A stretch of DNA of 64,000 nucleotides from Eimeria praecox. Its lineage: Eukaryota. Where the stretch lies: the NCBI GenBank assembly GCA_963920595.1, contig OY986948.1:3348001-3412000 (forward strand), read 5' to 3'. Position 1 is the stretch's first letter, and every line of letters starts with the position of its first letter. A model generated the notes under the pieces. That model searched no databases. It was not told where the DNA came from and saw nothing but the letters and a program-made list of their open reading frames with translations. A program made the translations under genes and the position numbers. Shown piece by piece: positions 26,826-39,400 of this stretch.

Positions 26826-27791
26826 CCTCAAACTGGTTGATGGCTGCGTTGCACCCCGCTACAGGGGAGAGCCACTGAAACAAAACTCATGAGTTCATTC
26901 TGAATTACGTGCCATAGGCATGTCCTCTGAATGTACTGACGAGGCTACCACTGAGATATGCTTGAAACGCTGCAACCACATGGCAGCGCGCCTGCGGCGT
27001 AGGAAGGAGCACGCTTCCAAAATATCGAACGCTACCCCCCAGAGGATGCCATATGATGTGAGAAAATTTGCCCCCACTGATCTGTAGAAAAAAAAAGCCT
27101 ATTCATTCTCCAAAGAAAATTTCATTGCGGCTGTGTGCCCAGTCTTTAGCCGAATGTAAGGCGCGTAGTCGACACGGAAAATATGCCTGGTGCAAAAAGG
27201 CCGAGCATGGGATTCATCTACGACAGGCCAATATGTCGGACTAAATTGGTCCAAGCCCCAAGATTACTTCCTCCTGGGCTTGCGGTTATCCAGGGCTTTC
27301 TGAAACAACTAGTTGTGAGTGGCCCAGGCGCCAGTGCAAAAATGTCCTACAATCATGTGATCAGCACCATTTCTTCATATTACATACGTAGTGCTCAACG
27401 GGGTTCTTTATTGGGGGCTGCTCTGTCACGGCTGCACCGGTAGACGGAAATGCTGTCTCATGGTGTATGTGAGCGGCGCCGGCATGAGGGATGGCGTAGC
27501 TCCATGTGAGCGAATGTGCTTCTGGCGCTGTTCCACGATAAAAAATAGAAATAACTCCAATTAGATCTCTTTTTTAATTCTTTGGACTGTTCGCATGCTC
27601 GGTAACAAACTCGGGACCTGTAAAATGCCACTAGCGAGCGGTTTGACGTGTACTCTTGCCCGCCTTTAAAAATATCATTGGTTATAGGAACGCATGAGGA
27701 TTTGAGTGGTTACTTGATATCAGCAATTTAGAGTAACAACACCATGCAGCGCATCTAGCATGGTGTTGGGTGCAACACCCAACACCACGGG

Positions 27792-28407
27792 TGTAACACG
27801 TCACTATCAGTTTGCCTAAGGCTGGTAGTTGTGTACTCGCCTGAATGCCGACTTGTGAGGGGCATGTGAGCGCTTGCCAGTTGCCTTCATCGTTAGTTCA
27901 TGCATCATAGGATGCATGTGCGGCACAATCTGTTCGAAGCTGGCTGTGGCACTGAGTAACGAGAGTACTCCTTGTGTCTGTACTGCAGTTCGTTAGGGGC
28001 CTCGGATGAGATGGACCCCCGTTGCAGTCAGTAGCATCGCGTGGCTTATTCGTGCAAATGCAAAGAAAAAGCCCAACCCTCTGCTGCGGGGAAGCCTGGT
28101 GCATAGCAGTAACTGATGGGAGGAAACGGATTGAAATGGCCTTTAACATTGTTTGCGAAATCCTCGTCAGAGCCTCAACCTTTCCCTCTCACATGATGGA
28201 TATTGATCATGACCTGCCCTCGGGTGAGATGGCAAATTACGGTCTGGAGCCTTGCTGAGCACAAACAAGCTCGATATCCGCGCACTACCTGATGAAAAGT
28301 GCACTTTCTCTAAGATCGATTCGGGAAGAATGCCCCTGCCTCCGCTGCCCACTCAGATGAGACGGGATCTGCGGTTCAGAGGCTTCGGAGGAGTTTTTTG
28401 ATTCCTT
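27792..28407 (+). mobile_element. 5' fragment of an LTR retrotransposon (LTR-like segment, PBS-like site, gag N-terminus)
   Basis: TGTAAC at 27792 and GTTGCA at 28021-28026 resemble LTR termini, followed by tagcatcgcgtgg. The span 28034-28407 is a diverged reverse complement of 29350-29728 (MMDIDHD... vs MMDIDYD...). Confidence 0.6.
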
Positions 28408-28459
28408 CGGCCTGTATCTTCGTCGAAGGGATTCCCCCAATGAATGAATTGGTAGGTCG

Positions 28460-30060
28460 CGACTCCTCACCATAGCTTCATGGCAGATTCACATCCCAGC
28501 ATGTGTTAAATAGTGCTAGCAGATCCGTAGCATTAATACGAACTTGGATAAGCACTGATGTGACTCGCGGAGGATATGCTGTCGCGGCTCTCAAATGTTT
28601 TGGCTCCACCACTGCGCCGCAAGGTGCGTGGTGGCCAGAGCGTTTCCTTGATGCTTTTGATTGTTCCCCTGTCTGCACTTCTCGAAGTTCCGTTTCTCCA
28701 GTTCAACCCGGTTTTTCATGCGTCTACAACCTCGCGCTATAGCGAAAGATGCAGATACCCTGATCGGTACGTCTTCCCAGCTTTCTGGGTGCCAAATTCG
28801 CTGCCTGGTGCCGGTTACCGCTTCTAATCCACACTAGCGCTTGTTCCGCATTGACAGCTCCAATATCCATAGGCTTTATATCTGGGATGCCTCTGAACAT
28901 GCTTTCTTCCTTCTCAGATAGCAGCGTGGAACTGGCAATTTTTCTTCCTTTTATGCAAACAAATTCCACTATCTCGATGAGTTCATTTGCTTCACCCTAG
29001 TTCCCTATCTGCGGCTAACCGCGTTACCAACTGCCTCTCTGTGGGATACAGCCCTGCTGTGAACCAACTACATAGGAGCTCCCGGTTCATTGTTGGGCTT
29101 CTGTTCACCAATGGATGATACTCCTCAGTGTAGCGTTTTATCGGCAACTTCCCTTGCTTAAGCTTCCTCTGTCTGGCCATTGCCTGTTCCCTTGCGTACC
29201 TGCACCGCAGAGAATTTCAGAAGGCTTGCGTGGATCTGGTATGTTCCAGGAAAGAGGAGCCTCTCCCTAGACGCAGCCACCATCGTTGTGCGTCCCTCCC
29301 TCATAACGAAGATGCCAGTATAGATTGTACATCTTTCGGTGCGTTATTCAAGGAATCAAAAAAACTCCTCCGCAGCCTCCGCACCGCAGATCCCGTCTCA
29401 TCTGACTGAGCAGCAGAGGCGGAGGCATTCTTCACGAATCGATCTTGGAGAAAACGCGCTTTTGATGAGGTAGTATACGGATATCGAGCTTGTTTCTGCT
29501 CAGCAAGGCTCCAGACCGTAATTTGCCTCCTCACCCGAGGAGTGGTCATAATCAATATCCATCATGTGACAGGGGAAGGTTGAGGCTTTGACGAGGATTT
29601 CTCAAACAATGTTAAAGGCCTTTTCAATCCCTTTCCCCTCTTCATCAGTTACTGCTATGCAAAAAGCTCCCCTGCAGCAGAGGGTTGGGCTTCTTTGTTT
29701 GCACCTGCCCCAATGACTCACGCGATGCCATTGAGTTACGGACTTAAACAAGGAGACAGGTCAGCTCCGTTTCGCAGCTGAGCTCCCCTCCAGCCTCCTG
29801 GACTCATAGGGACTGCGATTAAATGGCCTGGAGATGGTCGGGACAAGGTCCAACCTGCCATGGACTGCAGCGCACGTTGCTACAACTAGTACTTCACGGC
29901 AGCCCCCCCACACCTGCAGCCAATAACCCTTTGCTACATGTGCTAGCATGTTTAGACATAGCATGTTAAACACTTATCTGACATCCCGTTTTCAGCCTCT
30001 GGGCAAGTAGAGATACGAATACCACCATCATCCTGAGCATGCTCCAGCATGGGCAGTCTG
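28460..30060 (-). mobile_element. Truncated Ty3/gypsy relic: LTR-like segment, gag, protease
   Basis: gag: AMARQRKLKQGKLPIKRYTEEYHPLVNRSP and PDIKPMDIGAV. Protease: VLIQVRINATDLLALFNTC. Upstream 29740-30060 shares motifs (gctgagctcccctccagcctc) with 15860-16160 and 58140-58440. PBS-like TGGCATCGCG at ~29721-29730 on the minus strand. Confidence 0.8.
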
Positions 30061-31024
30061 TGCCCCCACCGGCTCCAGGCCCTTGGTCCGCTTTTCCCAG
30101 GAGGCCAGGAGGTTGGGAAAGAGGCCATCTGCATTTTGTGAGCTATTTCTTCAAGTCATTGACTCTACTGCAGCTCGCAACGGTCCTCGTCAAAGATCGA
30201 GGTCTCCTGTTGCACACAGGCGTTGCCACACAGAGGAAACATCAGACACCATTCAGGGTGAGCCATCCAATGGGGGACAGAATGATGTTAATTCAGTTGA
30301 GGGAAGTAAAATGCAATGGAAGGTGCTGGAACTAGCATGAAAACGGCCATTGCACGACAACGGCCACAGCCACACAGCGCTCCCCGGCGAGCTTTAGGAA
30401 GTATAGATGAAACTGGAAGGGGAAGCCGCAATTATTCCAGCACCCTTAATAATTATAAGCTACAGAGCATCAAATTATACGAGGGAGCTGGGAGCCCTTG
30501 AGGATCTTAAGCCGAGCCTTTACTCAACAGCACTTGGCCTCGTTTAAGCCTAGGCTCATCCAGCCCCGAGCACCGCAGGCAGTTTCGCCGTCGTCAGGCA
30601 ATGATCCCTATTTTGATGCTTAGGTCGTTTAGTAAGTTATCTTCAGTACTTTTCCGGCTACTTCCCTGTCCTTCATATTTTCCAATATCCAGTGCTATGC
30701 CACAGGTGCTGTGGCAAGCACTCTCGGGGCTGGCTGGCGACAGTCGAAACATGGCTGGCTTGTCGTCATTTAAATTCAACTCAACTCCAAATAGACGCAA
30801 CGATGCAATGGGATTCGAATAGCGAACCCCGCTTGGCCTTCAGCACAGGGCCTATGGTGGACATTCTGGGTTGCGCTCCTGGTAGAGGCGTCGTTCGGGA
30901 CTTAAGGTTGCCACTTCACTATCGAATAGGCCTGCTCAAACCCAGCTTGCGGGGGCCGACGTACAGTGTGCAGGTGTTTAGGACTTGTTAGCTATTAGGT
31001 TGTTCGAACAGGGTAGCATGCACG

Positions 31025-34000
31025 ATGTTGCCTACAGAAGCCAGGAAAATGGTGTGGACATTTGGATTCCCTTCTTCCTTGAGATTCGTATTCGTTCTGT
31101 TGATAATCAATGCTGCTGGTGTTATTGGGATGGGGCTATTTGAGGAAGAGCTGAAGTCATATCCAATCGTGGGCATCCCAGCAGCCGACGCAACCCGATC
31201 AGTTGTTGGGCCTCTTCACAGTGACACAGGTAAGCATGAAGCCAGAACTGGTTGCTCTCTGCTTTCAATCGATCAGCAAAGCGTAAGCATGCGAACACGT
31301 GGATAAACCATGTGTGTCTGTGATGCTTACAGCTCCACGTGGCGCACTGTATAACGAAGAGCGCGTTCACATCCGACCGGATGGAACAATCGTTTTCGAC
31401 TGTCCCAGATCTGTATGCGGCACTGACTTTTACTTTGGCAGGGTTTCAAGGGAAGAGGAGGGCCATCAGTCTTACAAAAAAGTGGTAGATAAGAATGATA
31501 CATCACGCGCGTCCTACATGCGGGGGGCGGACCCGTCGATGGCTACAGCTCCCGCTGAGCGCAGGTCTCAAACGCCAACAGGAGAACCTCTACTTAAGGA
31601 TCTTGTACATACTACCGATATGTCCTGGCTAGGAACAGACGAGAAACTGCACCAGTTGGCGTTCACGAAGAACTCTGCGTGTGGTGGGCTCTACTTTTCT
31701 CCTTCCCAGCTACCTGTTGCAACCCCAGACCTTGCATGCTCACTTTCCAACCTAGACGTGCATTCAGTCTATTTAAAGAGATTTAATTCTCACAGGCTGC
31801 GTCTTGGTCCAGGGGTGAAACTGGTAGTCAGTATGAGTAGCACTTTTGCATTGAAGACACGTGACAGAAATTGGAGGCGGAAACTCGTCCGCTCGCCTAG
31901 CTTACGTTTACTTGTCTTTTTTGCTCAAACATTCGGACGACTAAATCCTAACATCCTAAATACCAACCCTGGATTGGTCATCAACGAAATCCTGTTGAAG
32001 AACAAGCACTTATTCTATCCCCTCACAGAACTTTGCTTGTATGGTAAGTTTTTCGAATGCGAGGCATCGGGAAGCGTATGTCATAAGCATTGCCTGCGCA
32101 AACTGAAAGAGGTGTTGCAGCTTTTACTTGTGTTTGCCTGTCTGTCATACAGTAAAGGTGTGTGAGACCGTACAGACCTATCCAGAGCGGCTGTTACAAG
32201 GCTTTCCCGGGCACGTTCATCCAGACCACCCGTCGTACGTTCAACTCCCCATCTACTCGTACTTCAGGAAGGCTGGTGCGGAAGTGGCCTTTCCAAAGGA
32301 TGCTCCCACAATATTCCAACCGCGCATTTACGATGGTAACATACCTGTGGATCGCAAGTCATCATCTTCCAAATTTGACTTTTTCGCCCTTGCAGCCGAG
32401 CTCATCTTTGGCTCAAAGGGAGAGGCACAACGTAGAGTATATGAGTCAGGCTCTACCGACCCAGGTGTAGACTCGGGGACTCCTCAGAAGAGCAACATCA
32501 GCAAGGAGGGGAGTGATTTACAGAAGGAGGAATTACAGGACGAGAAACCACAGTTGCCGGAGAATCAAGATGATTCGGCCTCTGGAAGAACCACCGGTGG
32601 AGCCACCGAGGAATGGAAAAGAGAAATGTACCGCGCTTGGCACTGTTTGTGGATTTTAAACTTAGTAGCCTACGAGGCTAGCGATATTTGGAACTGGGTT
32701 CAGAATCACAAAGCCAGAACCTTCATATTCCCCCCATGGAAGGTTATCGATGTGGGAGTGCTTCGGACAGCGGAATCGGGTGAGCAACGCACTCTCAATA
32801 GTCGTGCCGCAGAACAGTGGAAACGGCATGGAAAGTTGGTGCGCCTTTGCAACGCCCGTTTGGTGGTGTTACGTCCTGCCTGCCTCTCACATAAATCTTC
32901 TATTGCTTGAGTGTTGCGTTGCAGTTCCCATGAGGTGGCGCGACCTCTCGCCGCGATTTCATGTGGACCCAAATATGGAATCAAGCTCAGAGCAACCCAG
33001 TCAACCAGAATTGACGCCTGGCAACGATGGGGTGCACACTGAGTCAGGAGTGGCGATGGGGACTAGTAAAAATGGTGAGAATATTTCGCATCAGGGAAAT
33101 CTTGAGGAGGGCGTGGGGCCTAGCTTTTCTTCAAGAGCTCACGAGCAGGACGCGGCGGTAGCTGACCGTCATCCCAAAGCGTCTTCAAGGCTTAACTCTG
33201 CAGATTCCGGCGAGGCCGCAAAACCACACAGTGACTCTTTGAGGGAAAAATTCTCCACAGTACTCTCTACAGCCAGATTTAAAGGGCAGCGCGAGGCTAG
33301 TAAGCCTCACAAAACGATTGACGCAGATGTTTCTAACCGTGAAGAGGTCGGAGAAAAGCAAGATGCAGATGTTTTGGCTGGTCGCCCGAGCGGCATAGAA
33401 GACGGTACTTCTAGTCAAAATGAGGTTCCTGAGGGTTGTATTTCATATTTAACAGATATGTCGCTCTTTAAGAAGTTCGGCTGGCCAGGTGGCCGCCTCG
33501 TATCTGCTGGACCTTCAGGAAACAGAACGCTGGACGAGACTGTAAGCACCACAGATGAATGGGTTGATGGCTCCTGGAGGCCGAAGATCATTGGCTCAAA
33601 TGTCAAATGCCTCCCAGTTGTGCACCCTGACACGTGTGGCCTCACTGCATCTTTCAGTCGCGTCCATGAATCGCCTTGGGTATGGCGGCTTGAAAGGGAT
33701 GAAAGCGCGATGCCATCAAAACGAGCGGACAATCTCGACTACGCTGACACTGTATGGATCTTCCGCGGCACTTTCGTTAGCAAGGTGAGCGGGGACAGTT
33801 CTTGCCGTTGACATGCATTAGGTACCTAAGGCTTGCACAGTGATTAGACTAAGCATGCATGCAGGCAAAGGCTTTGCTTCATTACCCCTGCTCGTTTTGC
33901 ATCTGTGCAGCAGTGGCTCCTGAACGGTATGGGAGTCGCAGTGCCATACAGAACTTTGTCGAAGCGTGGGCGCTTTCACTATGGGCTTACATACTTATTC

Positions 34001-35091
34001 GACAAAGCTGTTCGTCCGTTGATGGAGAAATATTTGGAGAGTCTTGAACATCAAATCCGAGGCAGGAAAACCCCGTTGGTAGTCGTTTTCTCGGGGCACT
34101 CTCTAGGTGCAGCCATCGCTGAAATGAGCTCGTGGTACTTTGCGAAGCGAGCCAAGACACTGGTGGATAAGAACTTGCTGCAGATCCGCACGGTAGCCTT
34201 TGGGAGCCCTTCGGTAAGGCCCTACCCACACAAGGTGTGCTGCTTTGCTGAGATCTTATGTGCTCGGAGGAGTTACAAAGTGTCTTGTTGCACGTCACAC
34301 GACGCACCGTACTTTACTGCAAAGCCATTGCAATCGACAAGTCACTGAGAAGGCAGCCGCAATTCTGATGTGCCTGCCTTTGCAGTGGGGAGATAAAATG
34401 GCATACGAAGACTTGTTAGCATCGGGCGTTATAGCGCAGGAGATAAATATGGACATAGATCCTGTTGCTGTGCTTTTCGGTGAGGAAGATTTGACGAAGC
34501 TGTCACACAGGAAGCCATTCATGATGAAAGTGAGCACACACTTGCCACTTAGCAAAGACAGGTTGACCGCATAGTCTACGGGATGCTGGGTAGAAGGTCG
34601 CCATTGAACGCACGTAGCCATAGATTGCTCTCCAGCAGGCCAATTTGTTATTTGAGCGGCGCATATCACTCTGCCACTATATCTGTGCAATGTGGCTTCA
34701 GTTGTATGTTGAAGATATGGACAGGGTAGAGGTTGCATCCAGGGTACCCGGTGCGCCTCCGTTCAGCGGGAGGATCTGGACAAGACCTACTTACAGGCCG
34801 ACTCCGATCTTGCAGCGTTTGGCTGCAATGTTCTTCGATCTGGAGAAGGTCGACATGGTGCTGCTGAACCCTATGCTTGCTCACTTTGTCGCGTACACAG
34901 CGTCCCTTACAATCATGGCTGGGTTACTGGAGGAGGCGTCGTTTGGTTCCGGTGTTGCAGCCCCCTTGGCTGATGCTGTTTCCCATCTGGTGGGGCACCC
35001 GAGGAATGCGGCTTTAAGAAAAGCGCACGAGCAACTTAGTTCAGTGTTGCGCAGGGTGGACGCAGATCGTGCAGCGGAAGAGGGCTCGTAA
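31025..35091 (+). CDS. Class-3 lipase (alpha/beta hydrolase) with N-terminal signal/TM segment; about 7 exons
   Basis: Lipase_3 motifs WIFRGT, FHYG, VVFSGHSLGAAIA (nucleophile), VAFGSP, DIDPV (Asp) and LAHF (His). N-terminal FVFVLLIINAAGVIG. Introns at about 31230-31332, 32044-32152, ~32840-32920, 33785-33910, 34214-34385 and 34530-34701. Confidence 0.85.
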
Positions 35092-36100
35092 GGCTGACTG
35101 CTCAAGCTAGTGAACCTATTGCTTCAATTTACTTTAGCCCCTCCGCGTTCTATTGAGATGCCTATTCTCTCAAGGACACTCTCCCGCATATGTGGTTCGC
35201 ATCCATAGCGCGCTCGGAATGAAAGTGATAGGTGCCAACGGGCCCCCCGTGAGAGAGCTGCCACCGTTGTCAGCAGGGGCGTGATGAGAAGGCACAGGCT
35301 TTCTCACCATTTTGAGGTTGCAGGGAATGCAGACCGAAGTTACACACGCACACTGCAACCGATGAGACAGGCCTACGGCTAAATGCGTATATCCTGCACC
35401 CTGTGGAGGCCCCTTCGTAGCTAGCTAGGTCTAGCTAGCTCTCCGTTGCTGCCTGCCCGTCGAGGCCTACATGGTTGCGGTACGAAGGACTGGTAGCGAA
35501 CCCTGGGGCATACCAGCAGTTAGGCCAAACTGTGGATATGTTGGGTTAATGCGAACGGGACTTCGGCTCCCACAACACAAGTTGCTTTTTCATACGGTTT
35601 TTTTACCCCTTCACAAGGTTCTGCATGCAGCTATGGGATACATCATTCGCCGGATAATGCTTAAATGCCCAAATGATAAGACGCCTCAAGGTGTTTACAA
35701 GTTACGGCGCCGTCTAAAGTCAGCCAAAGGGAAGAGGAGCATCGCCTGCCCATCTCGTAGAGAGGGTACATCTGTGCAGCATACCTCGCTTCTTGGGCCT
35801 TATGCCTACTGCGTACTTCCCCTGAAGGGGAAGTGCACAGTAGAGTGAAGGTGCTCAAAAAACAACCAAGACGACTGCGGTCGTCCAACAGTGCCAAGCG
35901 TTGCAGTGTGAGCCGGCAGGCTGAGAATGACATCTCGACGATCCTCCGCTTTGTTCTCCTAAGGGGAACTTTACACAAGCCAAGACTTGCCGAGACGGAT
36001 AGCGGTCCCTGAAAGCCTTTGTCCCGCAGCAGCTTGTTACTGTGGCTACTAGCCACATGATGCGGTCCCTGGCCAGTTGTGCTGCTCCAGATGCCGCTCT

Positions 36101-37203
36101 TCACGCATTCGTGCCACCATTTCTCCCTACGTCATCTCCGTCATTTTCAACAAATTCCCAGCCCTGGCCACACAAGGATTCCCCATATATGCACGCTCAC
36201 AGGCACACGAAACTAGCAACACAACCAAAAGTGCCTGCCGCCATGCGAGCATTCTACTTGGTGTAAACTTTAGCTGAGCAGTACCTGACGACGGAGGGCT
36301 GCTTCGTCAAACAACTCATCTTCGTCCCCATCTAGAGTCCCTGAGTCGGGGTCCGGATGCAGCGCTGCCATCTCGCTCATGACTGTGAAGAGTCGTTGCA
36401 GGCAGCTGCAGAAGTAATGCACCCGCATGCTCAACAGCACCCATCATTGGTAGCTCCACGGTTGGTATTCAAGTGCCCTATTCTGTGGCTTCGCACGTCG
36501 TCGAGCTACCTTACCTTGAGTCATCTGGGATGAATTTCAACTCAACCACTGCGTCGTCATCAGCACTTTCGTCCGCCTCCTCAGGTGTCTCAATAGATTC
36601 TGAGGTTGCCACCCCTACAGGATGCCCATTGGACACATCTGGTAAAGCTTCCCCTTTGATCTGGCAGTACAGGCACGGCCTCTCACAAGCCTCTGACAGG
36701 GTACAGACACAAGCGCATGTAGGCCTCCTTCACAAAGGATGCTCACCAGCTGCAGCCACCGCTCAGCAAATATCCAGCAATAAAAGGCTACTACCTTGTA
36801 CTAAATTTGGGGATTTACGCACGAGGATCAGTTGAAAGTGCATGCAGCACGATATTGACGTAGTTCAGGGCAAAACTGGGCCCAGTGCCGGAGAGCCAAA
36901 CCACACGCTGCGAAGTAACAAATAGTTCGCCGCAGCCTGCAGCCCATACGCACACCACATAATCCCACCTTGGCAATTAGCACAATCTCACTTCTAACGC
37001 GGTAGCTTTCAAATTGGCTAACTCCCAAACTGCCGCGCATCATAAACAGTCGAGCTCGGCCAATAAGCTTCTTACATCCGCCCCCCACCTGAATCTTTGC
37101 CGCTAATCACAATCGAAGTGCACGGAACTCGGATTCCCACGGTTTCATTTTCTTGCAATTCCAAGTCCCCCAGCGATGTTCGGTGGGGAGCGCTCGCCAT
37201 CAT
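36101..37203 (-). CDS. CLNS1A: pICln / Voldacs-domain methylosome subunit; 5 exons (37203-37089, 36936-36823, 36692-36515, 36405-36285, 36163-36101)
   Basis: Hand-spliced translation ...GKDSGCGELFVTSQRVVWLSGTGPSFALNYVNIVLHALSTDPQACERPCLYCQ...VVELKFIPDDSSCLQRLFTVMSEMAALHPDPD... carries the pICln motifs (GxLxxT, YxxIxLHA, ExxFxP, MSxxxxLHPDP). All introns are GT-AG and in phase. Absent from the ORF track. Confidence 0.85.
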
Positions 37204-37993
37204 TGTCCTCCTGCAGCGCGTAGCCGAGATGTACTAATATTGAGCGTATTATTCGTGAGTATGCTGCGGAGAAGAAATAAAAAAACACGTTCTCACCCAC
37301 TTAGCCCACTGCAACCCCTCTCTGCCCGTTGGTGCCTCAAGCGTGACCGATGGGCGATAAAGGGAGCCGCTGTTTCCAGGCTCTGCTCTCAGTGGGGAGC
37401 AGAAAGGCTTCCAACAGACGAATCAGCAATTCTTCATAATTAACAAGGCCCTTGAAAGGGATTCTTGTCCCCGTAGAAACGGGTTTGGGGCAAGTTGTGC
37501 TGCTTGCCTTCGCAAGGGTGCCGGCAGGGCTTGCAGGGCTGCAGAGATGCCTGCCAACACCTTTTCCTCCGTGTAATTCTTTGTTGGCAAATCTTCTTGT
37601 AGGAATGGCTGCGTGTATATATCACCTGCTGCACGCATCTGTTCTATTGGTTTTGCGCATGCCTGAAGGTATCAGCCATTGTGTCCCCCAGAGGCTGTAG
37701 AGCCGTCACGGTAGAGTTTTTTGTATAAGCCGGCATTAACTGGGTATAAATGAGTACCCATTGTCTCAGCGGGGCAAGGATCTATTCTGTATAGCGCGTG
37801 GATATCTTTGTGACGCTCTACAGCGGCTGCCCCGATCTTGTACTCTCCTGCATCCTTAATCAGTTGACACCAGCCTTTCCTTGCAGAACGGGGTGCTTCA
37901 TTCGAACTGCCGCTTGCTGGTTCCATACCATCAAATACCTTCCGGCCTTACCCCCTTAGGGGCAGACGGCAACGATCACAGATATTGCGCACT

Positions 37994-39400
37994 ATGGATG
38001 CGGAAGCTATCCAGTCAGTGCTGGCGCCATGGGGTGTGGACTTTACTTCCGAAGGCCTGGAGGCATTAAGACAATCTGGCGCTTGCAACCCAAAGGAGGT
38101 CAGGGATTATGTTTTGTCTGCCGACCTGAGGCGTCTTCACCTGGCCCCACACCCCGCTGACTCTAATAACTTCAGTGCGATACACAGCAAATCCATGCAA
38201 GCTGCTCCAGAAGTAGCGGCATGGGCTGCTGGTGGAGCTCCTGAGACGAGCGCGGGATGCCCTGCCTCCAACTACACGCTCAAGAAGCCACTGCTGTGTA
38301 TGGTTCTGTCCTTCCACGACGTTCGGTTGCCTACCAAGGATGTGGAGGAGGACTTTTCTGACGGCGCTAAGGGCATAAAAGGGAATCAGCGGCGGACGCT
38401 TTTACTGAAGCTTACAGACGGCCGTGGTGTGTCGTTTAAAGGCATTGAACTCCGATTTTGTCAGCAGCTGGATGTAGTGCCTTTATTACCAGGCGTTAAG
38501 TTACTCTTACTGCCAGGGTTGGTTCTTTATCGTGGAATAGCTTTACTGACTCCGCAGTACATAAATAACCTAGCAGGAGGCGCAATACAGCTGCGAGAAG
38601 CTTTTACCCTCAAGGAAGACATACAAGAACGCCGGAAATTCGTTCAATATATCCTAAAGGAGCACAGTGAGCTCCATGAACGGATAAAAGCAGATAAGGC
38701 GGACACCGGTCCTCCAAAGTTCGTCCCCTTTTCCTTTTCTGCCAAAGTTCAGCATGTGGAACTTAGTGCAAATGCAAGTAAAGTACTGCAACCCCAGGCA
38801 CCAGCCCAACCTCGAGAGGAGTTCAAGCGCGAGGCGGTCTTGCCTACAGAGGCACCTGCAGAGCAGCAGCCCCGTTCGTTGTTAATCAAGCCAGAAGCAG
38901 CGGACCTGAAGCTAGACCGGCTGAGGCAACTCGGAAAAGTAGATCCTAACAGTTTGGGTGCTAGCAAAATCAGCACTGAGAGAAAGACAGGGAGGGGGGA
39001 CAGCGGCAGGCGTGGGCGGCGGGAGCGCGATGAAGACCTTAGAGATTATATTAAGCCTTCTGGGGGGCCAGTGTCCTTCAGTTTGTTCGATTTGATTAGA
39101 GCCGACGCAGAACAAACAAACAGCACAGCTGCCACTACTCTCTTATGCGCTAGCGAATCGTACGTGAATTGTAGTAATTTGAATGAAGGTGGTGCTCCTC
39201 CGCTGTCTCCAGAAGTAGGCAGCCAGACTAACTCAGGAGTCCAGTTTGGGATCAGGAGTGCGGAAGAAACCTCAGGGGGGCCACCAGTAGTACGGCACTC
39301 CCGAGGGCGGTCTCGAGGAGGGATCTCCCCGGCCCGAGGGGGTCGCGGCGGTGGAAGGGGGAGAGGCAGGGCCGGAGGAAGGGGAAGGGGCTCTAGATAG
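37994..39400 (+). CDS. TDRD3/RMI1-like protein (RMI1_N OB fold) with C-terminal RGG tail; single exon
   Basis: RRTLLLKLTDG...GIELR...LPGVKLLL...RGIALLTP...LAGG matches the OB fold. GPPKFVPF resembles the TDRD3 GPPPFVPF motif. RGGRGGGRGRGRAGGRGRG at the C-terminus. Confidence 0.8.
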   Translation: MDAEAIQSVLAPWGVDFTSEGLEALRQSGACNPKEVRDYVLSADLRRLHLAPHPADSNNFSAIHSKSMQAAPEVAAWAAGGAPETSAGCPASNYTLKKPLLCMVLSFHDVRLPTKDVEEDFSDGAKGIKGNQRRTLLLKLTDGRGVSFKGIELRFCQQLDVVPLLPGVKLLLLPGLVLYRGIALLTPQYINNLAGGAIQLREAFTLKEDIQERRKFVQYILKEHSELHERIKADKADTGPPKFVPFSFSAKVQHVELSANASKVLQPQAPAQPREEFKREAVLPTEAPAEQQPRSLLIKPEAADLKLDRLRQLGKVDPNSLGASKISTERKTGRGDSGRRGRRERDEDLRDYIKPSGGPVSFSLFDLIRADAEQTNSTAATTLLCASESYVNCSNLNEGGAPPLSPEVGSQTNSGVQFGIRSAEETSGGPPVVRHSRGRSRGGISPARGGRGGGRGRGRAGGRGRGSR

